A stretch of 63,394 bases of DNA, filler included, from Octopus bimaculoides (GCF_001194135.2; 3 parts of 3 records of this genome joined end to end with filler, not necessarily neighbours in it), one strand, 5' to 3'. Positions 1 through 12,552 are shown, counted from the whole stretch's first letter. The notes: a model not told the origin generated them from the sequence alone. Numbers and translations: made by a program.

Positions 1-97
1 TGTCGAAATATTGTTCAAAAAATAAAACATCTAAAATCGCACTCTTCGTCTTGACTATTTACCTTCGTGAAGAGTTACGTCAATCCTTTTTTAAAAA

Positions 98-133
<36 letters not shown>
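1..133 (+). mobile_element. 3' end of a Penelope-like element (second copy of 16454-16575), ending in (ATT)n; contains the 3' half of the hammerhead motif
   Basis: Near-identical to 16454-16575 (TGTCGAAATATTGTT...CGCACTCTTCGTCTTGACTATTTACCTTCGTGAAGAGTTACGTCAATCC), followed by an ATT array. Confidence 0.75.
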
Positions 134-135
<2 letters not shown>

Positions 136-804
136 CATCTGGAAACCTTATTTTAATATAAAAACTAGAATGAAGTTGTTTAAAAAAGATTCTTTTGATC
201 TCTTGTCATTTAATAAAATATTCCTTATTGACCTTCTTGTAACGCGTTTGGCAAACATGATGTGCTTTATAGTTTAAGAAAAAAATCTGTGCATTAAAAG
301 GATAAAATTTATCGGTGAAGCACGTTTAGTGCATGACCAAACACAAAGTTGAATGGAGTTGAAACGAGATTTGACTATAACTTCGTAAATTGAACGCGCA
401 TTAGGAAATCGAATATTTTCCAGTTTTTAATTTCTGTCAGCTTTCTCAAACTTGGTTAACATTGCATATAATTTATGTTTAAATGTTCATTGAATTATAA
501 GCTATATTATATACACTGATTAAATGTTTATTATTTATCATTTCCTTAAATGTCTGTCACTATCTTTATTTATTGTCAGGGAATGAGAAAGCATTGCAAG
601 AGCCTGAATTAATTTCAGTATCAGAGAAAGTAAGGAGTCACTTTAAACTATCTTTATACGAGGCAATACAAAGCACATTCCCTCTTTTGCATTCATGTTT
701 TGAGAAGCTTTAATGCAACCATGGTGGCGGCTAACACAGCCTACATGTAGTACATGCTGCTCTTTTGAAAATGATCCTTTCATTCTTCCTCTTTTTAGAT
801 AATA

Positions 805-962
805 TCGTCCATCATCGTGGTCATGATGATCATCATCATAATCATCGTAATTTAACCTCCGCTTTCCATGCTCGGATAGGTTAGATGGTTTGAGAGAAGC
901 TGGCCAGCTGAAGAGCTGCCCAGACTCCATTTCGCTTTTGGCATGGTGTTTACGGCTGGTGT
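805..962 (-). mobile_element. Diverged copy of GAT-tailed retroposon family F1
   Basis: CATCAT...TTTAACCTCCGCTTTCCATGCT matches the F1 terminus seen at 14542 and 17108. Confidence 0.6.
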
Positions 963-1106
963 TATTTATTCTCCATTACAGACGTTTCATAAGCTTAGAG
1001 GAATTAAAACGTTCCACAAGGTAAATGGTCGTGCAATGAAGATCTTGATACAAATTTTTAACACATAAAAAACAAATTAAAATAAAATCAGAACTACATA
1101 GACAAA

Positions 1107-1152
<46 letters not shown>

Positions 1153-1168
1153 ATCATACATACATATA

Positions 1169-1538
1169 GGCGCAGGAGTGGTTGTGGTAAGTAGCTTGCT
1201 TACCAACCACCTGATTCTGGGTTCAGTCCAACTGCGTGGCACCTTTTACTATAGCCTCGGGCCAACCAAAGCCTTGTGAGTGTATTTGGTAGACGGAAAC
1301 TGAAAGAAGCCCGTCGTATATATATATATATATATCTTTGTGACTGTGTTTGTCCTCCCACCATCGCTTGATAACCGATGTTGGTGTGTTTACGTGCCCG
1401 TAACTTAGCGGTTTGGCCAAAGTAACCGATAGAATAAGTACTTGGCTTACAAAGAATTAGTCCTGGGATCGATTTGTTCGACTAAAGGTGGTGCCCCAGT
1501 ATGGCCGCAATCAAATGACTGAAACAAAAAAGTAAAAG
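1169..1538 (+). mobile_element. tRNA-derived SINE family F2 with internal (TA)n/(TG)n microsatellite
   Basis: A-box-like GGAGTGGTTGTGG, B-box-like GGTTCAGTCC, shared 3' end CAGTATGGCCGCAATCAAATGACTGAAAC; several copies in window. Confidence 0.8.
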
Positions 1539-1679
1539 TATACTACAATATATCTTATAAAAACCATTTGAATAAATACACACACACACATATATATACA
1601 CACATACATAGATATTTATAAACACATATATGTGGCGACTGGAGTCAGGCAAGGAGTGACATGAGCACAAACAGCTTCG

Positions 1680-2010
1680 GGTGGCAGAGTCGGAGACAAG
1701 CAAAATTCTCTGAGATTTCCCGCTCCAAATAGATCAGTTGCTAGAGCATAACAGACCGAGGTGAAGATATTGCCAACTTTTGGTGGAGCCCTGGGAAAAA
1801 TATCAGAAGCCAACAAGAGGAATATCAAGGAAATTAGAATAGAGCGCCCAGTAGAAAGTTTACAAAAATTTGCCCGCTTGGCACGAATAGAATAATTAGG
1901 CAAGTATCAGAAAGGTGAAAAGAACGGATAGCATAGAACCGTAAGCAACAAGTGAGAAGCCCGCTACGCATGCAAAACTCCAGGATTTCCGACACAACTT
2001 GTGATTAAAA
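1680..2010 (+). mobile_element. Degenerate 3' fragment of a REL-endonuclease LINE
   Basis: Translation ILPTFGGALGKISEANKRNIKEIRIERPVESLQK resembles the C-terminal V(I/V)GALG motif region of R2/R4-type LINEs. Confidence 0.5.
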
Positions 2011-2402
2011 GGAATAATAATTATAATTATAAAATGTTTTCACATGGTTACATATTAATTTAAGACTAACAGGACCCATGGAAATTCCACGGTAGAAATT
2101 TTATATTAATGAGTCAGCTCATTTGAACCGTTATGTTAGTCGCGGCACTCCGTCGGTTACGACGACGAGGGTTCCAGTTGATCCGATCANNNNNNNNNNN
2201 NNNNNNNNNNNNNNNNNNNNNNNNNNNNNNNNNNNNNNNNNNNNNNNNNNNNNNNNNNNNNNNNNNNNNNNNNNNNNNNNNNNNNNNNNCATTTTTTGAA
2301 ACTTGAAAAGTATCAAATTAAACATTAGTGAGGGGGAAAAAATTGTCTTGGAATCCAACAAGGAAAAGATGATTGATTCAAAATTTATTCAGATATTTTA
2401 TA

Positions 2403-2567
2403 GGCATAGGAGTGGCTGTGTGGTAAGTAGCTTGCTTACCAACAACATGGTTCCGGGTTCAATCCAACTGCGTGGCATCTTGGGCAAGTGTCTTCTACTA
2501 TAGCCTCGGGCCGACCAAAGCCTTGTGATTGGATTTGGTAGACGGAAACTGAAAGAAGCCCGTCGTA

Positions 2568-2628
<61 letters not shown>

Positions 2629-2830
2629 TTGTGTGTCTGTGTTTGTCCCCCTAGCATTGCTTGACAAACGATGCTGTTTATGTCTCTGTCACTTAGCGGT
2701 TCGGCAAAAGATACTGATAGAATAAGTACTAGGCTTACAAAGAATAAGTCCCAGGGTCGATTTGCTCGACTAAAGGCGGTGCTCCAGCATGGCCGCAGTC
2801 AAATGACTGAAACAAGTGAAAGAGTAAAAG
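2403..2830 (+). mobile_element. SINE family F2, near full length
   Basis: Collinear with 1169-1538; internal (TA)n(TG)n. Confidence 0.85.
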
Positions 2831-4964
2831 AGAGTATAGGTAAATTTGCCTCTTCAAGTCTCCACAATTTTAAGACATTTTATTACATATATAACATCTG
2901 TGCTCCAGCATGACAACAGCCTTAGGGCTGAAACATGTAAAAGAATAAAATACAGAACTACATGAAAATACTAATCCAAAACTGAACAGAGCACAAACAT
3001 AAGCGAAGAAAGAAAAAGGAAAAGAAAGAAAAAACATTAATTCAACACCAAGCACCTCGACTGGTTGCACACCACAAGATTCAATGGAACCTACTGAAGC
3101 AAGCCAACATGCTCAAAACATTATTACAGGCAATGGTGGGGTTAAGGTGTTGCACCCACATGAGCATCACCTGACTTCTTGATAAGGCAAGCCACCAACA
3201 ATGAGAAAAACTTCACTGCTAGCAGCCCAGCTCTAACAAACTTCTTAAATGCCACAGGCTGGAAGAAATGGTCCTGATACTTAAGAATTTTGTTCTATTT
3301 CGCAACAGAAGCAGTGACTCTTCCATTTACTGTGGCCTCCAGGATGTGGGAAGGAGAAAAAAGGAGTTACATCCCAGATGAGGCACCTACCTCTTACCTA
3401 GAGGCAAAGAGTAAGACCATCCAGTCTGTAAAAGGTTGATAGTTGCAATAGAGACATTAGTCTCTCTCTATCACCTTTCAACATAATTATATATGAAGAA
3501 ACAGTAGAACAATTAACAACATAATAAAAATAAGTTTTATTTTTTGATGATGCTTGGTTTTGCAAGTCCCGTGTCATTCAGCTTAGCAGCCGCTGATTAA
3601 CTTGTAATTGGTATTGGAAGGTTAAGAGCTTCCTTGATGCATGCCAGAGGAGCAAGTAGCTATCACATCGATGGCATCTTGGTGAAGAGTGCTTCGTTGA
3701 GGAGCGAGGTGTCGTCACGTCAAAGGTGTCGCGCTCAAGAGGCTTACAAAGTGAAACAAACTCTTTAAGTACTAGTTTTACTACGCATGCGCACTCGAGG
3801 GGCTTCCAGAACGGCAAATCCCTTGCGCATGTGCAGATAGTACTTCCTCAATGGCGGCTACAATTTTGCGCCACTACAGGTCTCTTCCCATTAATTGATA
3901 GATAATCCCACCACCACCAACAGAACTGAGGGGATATTAACTCAAGCTAGGGTCCGCTTATTATCTAAGTTTAGTGATGAGTGAAGCAACCAGCCTTTAG
4001 GCAGCAAGACAAACCATGAAAGCCGGTTCCCACTCAGAGTGCAATGGAGATGCAGAGCTCATCTAAACTGATTAGACCACCAATGTTGGCCACATACATA
4101 CACACACACATATACACATTGTGGATGACTTGAAACTATATGCAAAGAATATGCACGAGATGAAAAAGAGCTTTGACCTAGTTACAATACTTTCAAAGGA
4201 TATAGGGGTGGAGTGTGGTCAAGAGAAATGTTGCTATATGGTTGTGAAAAGAGGGAAAACTGTAAACAAGACTAGCAACATCTCCATCAATGACTTGACT
4301 GTTTCCCCTGTATCTGATGAAGAATGTTATAGGTATCTAGGGTTGGATGGAAACATCTTATGATGGCACCTGAAACAAAACACATGTCACCAAAAAGTAT
4401 TACAGCTGAATAAAGAAAATTTGGACCTCAGAATGCTCTGCATTCAATAAAACAGTGGCCCACAATGTGTTTGCAGTGTCATTACTCATACGAACATTTG
4501 GGCTGCTTGATTGGACACTCGATGAGATCTGAGCCTTTGATGTGAAAATCCAGAAGATACTAACCAGCACACATAATTTCCACATCAACAGTGATGTAAA
4601 GTGTCTCTACCTAAAACGAAAACAAGGCAGCAGAGGTTTAATATCAATCCAGACTGCCTTTCAATGTCACATCACATCCCTTCGAAGTGCATCCCTTGAC
4701 TAATGCATTCATGAGGCTGATAACATCATAAGACTTAGAAAGCAGACCCTTCAGTAGCATTCCTTGTCTGATGACCTTAAATCTATGCCCAAAGAAGTTG
4801 CATGGCTGTACCACAATGAATCATCAGTTGAAAAGATGAGCGTGTATGAGCAGAAGACCATGCATATATATGTTAGTAGAAAGCTCTGAGATGATAGTGA
4901 CGTTGATCACCAAAGCAGTCTATTATGGACCAACAGCTGGCTTACAACATCACACTTTGAAGGG

Positions 4965-5180
4965 CATCATCATCATCATCGTCGTTTAACGTCCGCTTTC
5001 CATGCTAGCATGGGTTGGACGATTTGAATGAGGACTGGTGAAACCAGATGGCAACACCAGGCTCCAATCCGATCTGGCAGAGTTTCTACAGCTGGATGCC
5101 CTTCCTAACGCCAACCACTCCGAGAGTGTAGTGGGTGCTTTTACGTGCCACCGGCATGAAGGCCAGTCAGGTGGTACTAG
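4965..5180 (-). mobile_element. F1 GAT-tailed retroposon, partial, nested in LINE
   Basis: CATCATCGTCGTTTAACGTCCGCTTTCCATGCTAGCATGGGTTGGACG...GGATGCCCTTCCTAACGCCAACC. Confidence 0.85.
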
Positions 5181-6021
5181 CAAGCAAATACCTAATGCAG
5201 AAAAAGCAGCAAATTGTGACAACCGATGCAGATTTTGTGGAGTTAATGCTGAAGATATCACCCACATCATAAACAGTTATCTGAAAATGTCATCATGGTA
5301 TCATCTACTGATGAGACACAATGTTGTGTCTAGGACATTGTATAAAAAGATCAGTAGGAGGGATAAACCTAAGGACGGAAAAAAAAAAGAACCCACAGGT
5401 GGAAGCCATACCCACTTGTAGGAAATTATCTTGCTTGTGTATTTCTTGCACTGAGTGGGTGCCACACAATTTCCCTACATCAATTTGTTTTGAAATAAGA
5501 AAAACGTCCAAACAATAATAATACTCTTTATTGTTTATGTACAATACGTACAATTTAGTCAATCTTCAACGGAACGTTACACACACAACATTCTTCCGTT
5601 TGGCACAAATCCTGGTACATTCAAAATAGACTTCTATCATGAACATATAACAAATGTTCATGAGTACAGTCAACAGCAATTGAAATATATATCTCGAAAC
5701 ATCTCGAATTTATGAATTGGCAACCAAAACAGCAAAACTAGAGTTGATCAAACACCTGTGAGAAACAATCTCACAGAAACTCCAGCAGCAAACGGAGTTG
5801 GTCAAATCCCATGCATCCAGGACAAGAGCGTTAGGTGAACTCTAGGTGAACACGTCGGTACGGTTCAACGGCTGCATCTCAAGTCCCAGACGCTAGCGAG
5901 GAACGCGATGAAATTTTTCCCGCCAGTTTTCAGCGCATGCTCTTGAGGGAACTTCTGTAAGCCTTCCAGAAGATTCTGACCCGCGCATGCCTGCTGAAAA
6001 CTCTCAAAAATGACTTCACTA

Positions 6022-6385
6022 CATCATCATCATCATCGTTTAACGTCCGCCTTCCATGCTAGCATGGGTTGGACGATTTGACTGAGGACTGGTGAAACCA
6101 GATGGCTGCACCAGGCTCCAATCTGATTTGGCAGAGTTTCTACAGCTGGATGCCCTTCCTAATGCCAACCACTCAGAGAGTGTAGTGGGTGCTTTTTATG
6201 TGCCACCGGCATGAAGGCCAGTCAGGCGGTACTGGCAACAGCCACGCTCAAAATGGTGTATTTTATGTGCCACCCGCACATGAGCCAGTCCAGGGGCACT
6301 GGCAATGATCTCGCTCGAAAATCCTACGAAGGCCAGTCAGGCAGTACTGGCAATGGTCACGCTCCGGTACTGGCAACGGTCACAC
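6022..6385 (-). mobile_element. F1 GAT-tailed retroposon
   Basis: Same conserved terminus and internal ~60-bp subrepeats as 14542-15005. Confidence 0.85.
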
Positions 6386-6814
6386 TCTACACACTTATAA
6401 TAAATAGGAACACTGCTGGAATGTCCCAGAGAAGACCTCAATAAAATGCAAGCACAATACACCTGACAATGATTTAAGATAGAGAAGAGAAACTGTGTAC
6501 AGTTGTAGAAATGAGCTACCAGTAGATGTTAACATAAAGCTAAAGATCAGCGAAAAAGAAAATACACATGCTGAATTATTGAGGGATCTAAACTACTCTA
6601 TCCAAATAACAAGTTCAGATTTATACCTGTAATTATTGGGGCCCTGGGATATGTAACACACTGCCTAAATACAAATCTTGAGAAATTAGGCTTCTCAAAA
6701 CCAGAAAGGAGAAAGCTGATTCAATGACTACAGATCCAATCCCTCACTGGAACTATAAAACTGTGCAGAAATTTATCATTTAAGAATATATGAGCATGTC
6801 AAGATATGCAAATA

Positions 6815-7386
6815 TCATCATTATCATCATCATCGTTTAACGTTTGCTTTCCATGCTAGCATGGGTTGGACGATTTGACTGAGGACTGGTGGACCAGGTG
6901 GCTACACCAGGCTCCAATCTGATTTGGCAGAGTTTCTNNNNNNNNNNNNNNNNNNNNNNNNNNNNNNNNNNNNNNNNNNNNNNNNNNNNNNNNNNNNNNN
7001 NNNNNNNNNNNNNNNNNNNNNNNNNNNNNNNNNNNNNNNNNNNNNNNNNNNNNNNNNNNNNNNNNNNNNNNNNNNNNNNNNNNNNNNNNNNNNNNNNNNN
7101 NNNNNNNNNNNNNNNNNNNNNNNNNNNNNNNNNNNNNNNNNNNNNNNNNNNNNNNNNNNNNNNNNNNNNNNNNNNNNNNNNNNNNNNNNNNNNNNNNNNN
7201 NNNNNNNNNNNNNNNNNNNNNNNNNNNNNNNNNNNNNNNNNNNNNNNNNNNNNNNNNNNNNNNNNNNNNNNNNNNNNNNNNNNNNNNNNNNNNNNNNNNN
7301 NNNNNNNNNNNNNNNNNNNNNNNNNNNNNNNNNNNNNNNNNNNNGATTTCGCTTGCCCCAACAGGTCTTCGCAAGCTGAGTTTTGT
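6815..7386 (-). mobile_element. F1 GAT-tailed retroposon spanning an N gap
   Basis: F1 terminus at 6815-6937 and F1 distal part (GATTTCGCTTGCCCCAACAGGTCTTCGCAAGCTGAG) at 7345-7386. Confidence 0.75.
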
Positions 7387-7540
7387 GTCCAAATATATGC
7401 ATGGGAATACATACATAACACAAAACATACAAAAATACCCTGTTGATGTTGTTGAATTTCCAATGAAAGAGCTTTGGATCTTGGTTAGAAATCGGCTCTT
7501 TCTCCATAGGCAAAAAATTTTGAAAAATTGAATCACACAC

Positions 7541-8005
7541 ACTATGTACAGTGGTGGAAATCAGCTGCCCAGCTGATGTTAATGTAATGCTAAAGATGAG
7601 TGAAAAAGAGAATAGCTACACTCAACTATTGAGAAGTCTACAATGACGCTACTCAGATTACAAGTTCAGATTTATACCGGTAATTATTGGGACTCTGGGA
7701 TATGTAACACACTGTCTAAATACCAGTCTTGAGAAATTAAGTTTCTCAGAACCAGAAAGAAGAAAGCTGATTCAAAGACTACAAATCCAATCCATCACTG
7801 GAACTCTAAAACTTTCCAGAAGTTTATCATTTAAGCATGTCTAGATATGCAACTATATGCATGGGAATACATACACAAAACATACAAATCTGCATGCATA
7901 CATACCCTGTTGGTGTTGTTGAAATTCCAATGAAAGAACCTTAGAAATTGGCTCTTTTTCTATTGGCAAGAAATCTAGAAATAAACATTGCACACACACA
8001 CACAC
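7541..8005 (+). mobile_element. Second 5'-truncated lineage-A REL LINE in tandem, ending in (CA)7
   Basis: Collinear with 6493-6800 and 7390-7540; translation VEISCPADVN...FIPVIIGTLG. Confidence 0.8.
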
Positions 8006-8083
8006 CTCATGAGTTTTGTCTCTTTTCTCGACTTTAAGAAAATGTGTATTTTTTATAAAATTTTCTAATTAAAATCTAATAAA

Positions 8084-8116
<33 letters not shown>

Positions 8117-8204
8117 CGTAGGGTGCACACACCTACATACCAAGACAAACTTTTCTCGAAATTTCAACTTTCATTTTGAATATATAAACATATTCATGTG
8201 TTTA

Positions 8205-8348
8205 CAGTGACCGTAACTGAGCGGTTCGGCAAAGAGCCCGAAAGAATAAGCATTATGCTTTCAAAGAATAAGTCCTGGCGTCGATTTCTTTGACTAAAGG
8301 CGGTACTCCAGCATGACCGCAGTTAAAATGACTGAAACAAGTAAAAGA
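8205..8348 (+). mobile_element. SINE F2 3' part (an inverted F2 3' end follows at ~8440-8524)
   Basis: CCGTAACTGAGCGGTTCGGCAAAGAG...GACTAAAGGCGGTACTCCAGCATGACCGCAG. Confidence 0.7.
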
Positions 8349-9135
8349 ATATATTTATATGTGTGTGTGTGCCATCAGTTTTTTTCGTTATTTGCTTTTT
8401 CATCTTAAATTCCAATACAATTGTAATCTACACCGTTTGAAAGACATACTCTTTTACTTGTTTCAGTCAATTGACTGCGGCCATGCTGGAGCACCGCCTT
8501 CATCGGCGAGCAAATCGACCCCAGNNNNNNNNNNNNNNNNNNNNNNNNNNNNNNNNNNNNNNNNNNNNNNNNNNNNNNNNNNNNNNNNNNNNNNNNNNNN
8601 NNNNNNNNNNNNNNNNNNNNNNNNNNNNNNNNNNNNNNNNNNNNNNNNNNNNNNNNNNNNNNNNNNNNNNNNNNNNNNNNNNNNNNNNNNNNNNNNNNNN
8701 NNNNNNNNNNNNNNNNNNNNNNNNNNNNNNNNNNNNNNNNNNNNNNNNNNNNNNNNNNNNNNNNNNNNNNNNNNNNNNNNNNNNNNNNNNNNNNNNNNNN
8801 NNNNNNNNNNNNNNNNNNNNNNNNNNNNNNNNNNNNNNNNNNNNNNNNNNNNNNNNNNNNNNNNNNNNNNNNNNNNNNNNNNNNNNNNNNNNNNNNNNNN
8901 NNNNNNNNNNNNNNNNNNNNNNNNNNNNNNNNNNNNNNNNNNNNNNNNNNNNNNNNNNNNNNNNNNNNNNNNNNNNNNNNNNNNNNNNNNNNNNNNNNNN
9001 NNNNNNNNNNNNNNNNNNNNNNNNNNNNNNNNNNNNNNNNNNNNNNNNNNNNNNNNNNNNNNNNNNNNNNNNNNNNNNNNNNNNNNNNNNNNNNNNNNNN
9101 NNNNNNNNNNNNNNNNNNNNNNNNNNNGAACAGTG

Positions 9136-9440
9136 GAGGCGCAATGGCCCAGTGGTTAGGGCAGCGGACTCGCGGTCATAGGATCGCGATTTCGATTCCT
9201 AGACCGGGCGTTGTGAGTGTTTATTGAGCGAAAACACCACAACTTTCTCTCACTCTTTCTGTTGTACCTGTAATTCAAAGGGTCAGCCTTGTCACGCTGA
9301 ATATCCCCGAGAACTACGTTAAGGGTACAAGTGTCTGTGGAGTGCTCAGCCACTTGCACGTTAATTTCACGAGCAGGCTGTTCCGTTGATCGGATCAACT
9401 GGAACCCTCGACGTCGTAAGCGACGGAGTGACAACAACAA
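9136..9440 (+). mobile_element. tRNA-derived SINE family F3
   Basis: A box TGGCCCAGTGGTTAGG, B box TTCGATTCC; 3' end GGAACCCTCGACGTCGTAAGCGACGGAGTG recurs inverted at 2140-2189, 26598-26640, 32858-32927 and 41125-41430. Confidence 0.8.
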
Positions 9441-9610
9441 TGAAGGAAGAAAGTCAGAGGGTGGGGGAGGGCACATAACTAAACATGTGCGAGTCAAGCA
9501 TTGAAAATCAATTAAACAACATACGTAAGAGTTATCGTTCTTCGCCGAAAACAAAGCGAACGAAACACACAGAAACATAAATAAATAAATATTAAAAAAA
9601 ACCCACTCAA

Positions 9611-9655
9611 CCGGAAGTTGTTAATCCGGAAGTACGTCCAAATCACCGCCATATT
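9611..9655 (+). promoter_or_regulatory. Putative PRPF8 core promoter: tandem ETS sites plus YY1 site
   Basis: CCGGAAGT at 9611-9618 and 9626-9633; CCGCCATATT (YY1 consensus CGCCATnTT) at 9646-9655; non-repetitive context; strong donor downstream. Confidence 0.65.
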
Positions 9656-9741
9656 GCTCTCATGTCGTTAGAAGTGACTTAAACGAAACATTTCTGAGGA
9701 CATTTGGAAGGGTTTTTATGTAATTTCTGTTGTACATTTTG
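9640..9741 (+). other. PRPF8: Putative non-coding first exon of PRPF8 (5' boundary approximate)
   Basis: Ends at TTTTG|GTAAGT (donor 9742); the coding exon has an acceptor TTTCCAG at 16707 upstream of its ATG, so an upstream exon is required. Confidence 0.55.
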
Positions 9742-11491
9742 GTAAGTTTCCACTGATTTTAATTCATTCGAGGGTTATTTATGGCATCGGAATTATTTCA
9801 GACCTTGCTTGAATGTGCATTCGGTTTATTTTTACTTGTTTATTGTTGTTAACGATTTTTACTTTGTTGCTAACGGCAGATGCAATCCATGAGGTTTAGC
9901 GCGCTGTTTCTCCCCTTTTTTTGGCCTAGGAACCCCTTTTCATTCCTATTTTACTCACGGTTAGACATTCATATAGCAATTCGATGTCTATAATATCTTT
10001 TTTAATTAAAACATTTATAAGGAATCGTATAAAAAATTGGGTCAAACTGAAAGGTTTGACCCGGTGGGAAATAAAAAATTAAATATTCTAGTTAAATATT
10101 TTGTGTATTGTAGAAATATAGCCAGTTTATTGAACCTAAATTATAACAACAAAATCTTATATGGACCCTGGTTGAGAAACCTCACGTTTAGGGTGTCGAT
10201 TATGTTATCAACAGCCCGTAGCATTTTGTTTTACACCACGGGCCGGTTTTATGCAGGACAATTTTTCAAAGTCCGTGTTTAGTGGCGATGATCAAACTCA
10301 TACATAACAAAATGCACAATACATAATTTTATTATTATACACACACACACACATATATATCTATATATTTACAATGCATAAGGAGACTGGTACATCTTTA
10401 GATTTTTCTTTTAATTTAACAGTTAATTATACAGCATTAGTCGTTTCAACTAACTACTTATGCTGTATAATTAACTGTAATATTGTAAACATTAACCAAT
10501 GTATCAATCTCTGTATTCTTTGTAATTGTTTTGGATTTACACTGCCGAAAATGTTCGTAATCCAGCGAAATATATCCAGATTTTTACCCATCGGTTGAAT
10601 CCCAGTGGTATTGCTCACCCAAAGCGAGCCTTGGTGCTTCTTAACTACTTGACGTGGGTAGTCGGAATCTGGAACATATCTGTGATGCTGCCTGAATAAT
10701 CTATCCTTAAATACTCACCACACACACACACACACATATCTATCTATCTCTATCTATATATATATATATATATATATATACAAAAATAAGAGAAATGACC
10801 AGCAAAGGTGGACTCCTATATGCTAGAAATAGATGCCGAATCACCTANNNNNNNNNNNNNNNNNNNNNNNNNNNNNNNNNNNNNNNNNNNNNNNNNNNNN
10901 NNNNNNNNNNNNNNNNNNNNNNNNNNNNNNNNNNNNNNNNNNNNNNNNNNNNNNNNNNNNNNNNNNNNNNNNNNNNNNNNNNNNNNNNNNNNNNNNNNNN
11001 NNNNNNNNNNNNNNNNNNNNNNNNNNNNNNNNNNNNNNNNNNNNNNNNNNNNNNNNNNNNNNNNNNNNNNNNNNNNNNNNNNNNNNNNNNNNNNNNNNNN
11101 NNNNNNNNNNNNNNNNNNNNNNNNNNNNNNNNNNNNNNNNNNNNNNNNNNNNNNNNNNNNNNNNNNNNNNNNNNNNNNNNNNNNNNNNNNNNNNNNNNNN
11201 NNNNNNNNNNNNNNNNNNNNNNNNNNNNNNNNNNNNNNNNNNNNNNNNNNNNNNNNNNNNNNNNNNNNNNNNNNNNNNNNNNNNNNNNNNNNNNNNNNNN
11301 NNNNNNNNNNNNNNNNNNNNNNNNNNNNNNNNNNNNNNNNNNNNNNNNNNNNNNNNNNNNNNNNNNNNNNNNNNNNNNNNNNNNNNNNNNNNNNNNNNNN
11401 NNNNNNNNNNNNNNNNNNNNNNNNNNNNNNNNNNNNNNNNNNNNNNNNNNNNNNNNNNNNNNNNNNNNNNNNNNNNNNNNNNNNNNNNNNN

Positions 11492-11536
<45 letters not shown>

Positions 11537-12201
11537 AACGCTTACGCAGGTAATGTATAATGCAAAGATATCCTGCAGGCTGCGATAATCCATAAGATTT
11601 TAAAATATATTCATTGTGTGCGACCCACTGGTTTATTCGTGTGTGTGTGCCTGTGCGGATTACATATATATATTGTACAACACAACGTGCGCAGTGTATA
11701 CATTTGTGTGTGTGTGTGTATGGATCCATTTTATGTATATAAATACGTAATGAAACGTGTATACGTGTGTGTACATATTTATGTGCGTATGTCGATCTGT
11801 GTAATACTATCATGTATATGTAATATATATCATAAAGACACACACATGATATAGGATATAAACACATAAATTGACCGTAAACACAATGGGGCTAATGCAA
11901 TTCACTACGATCTCTTTCATGTAAACAAAATCAAAAGTTTTAATTTAGTGGGGTGGACTAAAAAAAAACAAAGAAAAAAATTTGCATATTTTTAATCTCT
12001 CGACATCTAAAACGTAGGAATCCGTTTATTGTCATCGCTTTGGAACAAAGCTTTTTTGATGACTATAAGCAGCTGGCTGGGTCTGATAAGATTAAACAAA
12101 AAATGTTAAATTTCATAACCGATTCATAACATTTGAAGTTATAAAGGTAGAGATGGACTATATGTAATCTGAACCTTTCCCCTCCCTTATTTATTTATTT
12201 A

Positions 12202-12425
12202 TTTTTTTTTTTTACGGAATCCCACGTTTTAGGCTATGGAAATTCCGATTCTGAAAAAAAATTGTTTGAAAAATTTCAATCCCCCTCCCACCAAGCAGGC
12301 TATTTACATGCTAGAAATAACAGCCAAATCTCACAAAACTAGTGTTAGGTTTAGGGTTNNNNNNNNNNTTTTCAGAATCGGAATCTCCATAGCCTAAAAC
12401 GTGGGATTCCGTAAAAAAAAAAAAA
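12202..12425. repeat. ~55-bp inverted repeat around a short core with TTAGG/TTAGGG units and a 9-N gap
   Basis: TTTACGGAATCCCACGTTTTAGGCTATGGAAATTCCGATTCTGAAAA versus its reverse complement at 12368-12425 (one mismatch). Confidence 0.7.
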
Positions 12426-12552
12426 AGAAAAAAAATAAGCTCTCACAGTGTGTATGGTTGTATGTGTACATACATACATGATGTGCTCGGTATAGATCTG
12501 GGAAGACCATAGTTCAAATAATTACTTAATACTTAGAGACTATATAGCTACA

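Larger units (their letters stand above)
4119..7541 (+). mobile_element. 5'-truncated REL-type (R4/Dong-like) LINE, lineage A, interrupted by nested insertions
   Basis: RT motif (F)VDDLKLYAK at 4119, YRYLG; Zn-knuckle remnant CRFCGVNAEDITHI...RHNVV at 5220-5340; REL region KHNTPD...CTVVEMSYPVDVN and FIPVIIGALG at 6440-6650; 3'UTR ends in (CA)4. Confidence 0.8.

Noticed and set aside
3560-4080. Promoter suggested by NRF1-like GCGCATGCGC motifs (3783-3793, 3826-3836)
   Set aside because: No associated exon or donor; similar motifs occur in the repeat-like 5.9-kb segment, so probably TE-derived.
5575-6022. Solo LTR
   Set aside because: Ends in ...CACTACA and is GC-richer, but no matching TG start, target duplication or second copy is visible.
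12343-12358. Telomere or interstitial telomeric array
   Set aside because: Only about two imperfect TTAGG(G) units next to a gap.
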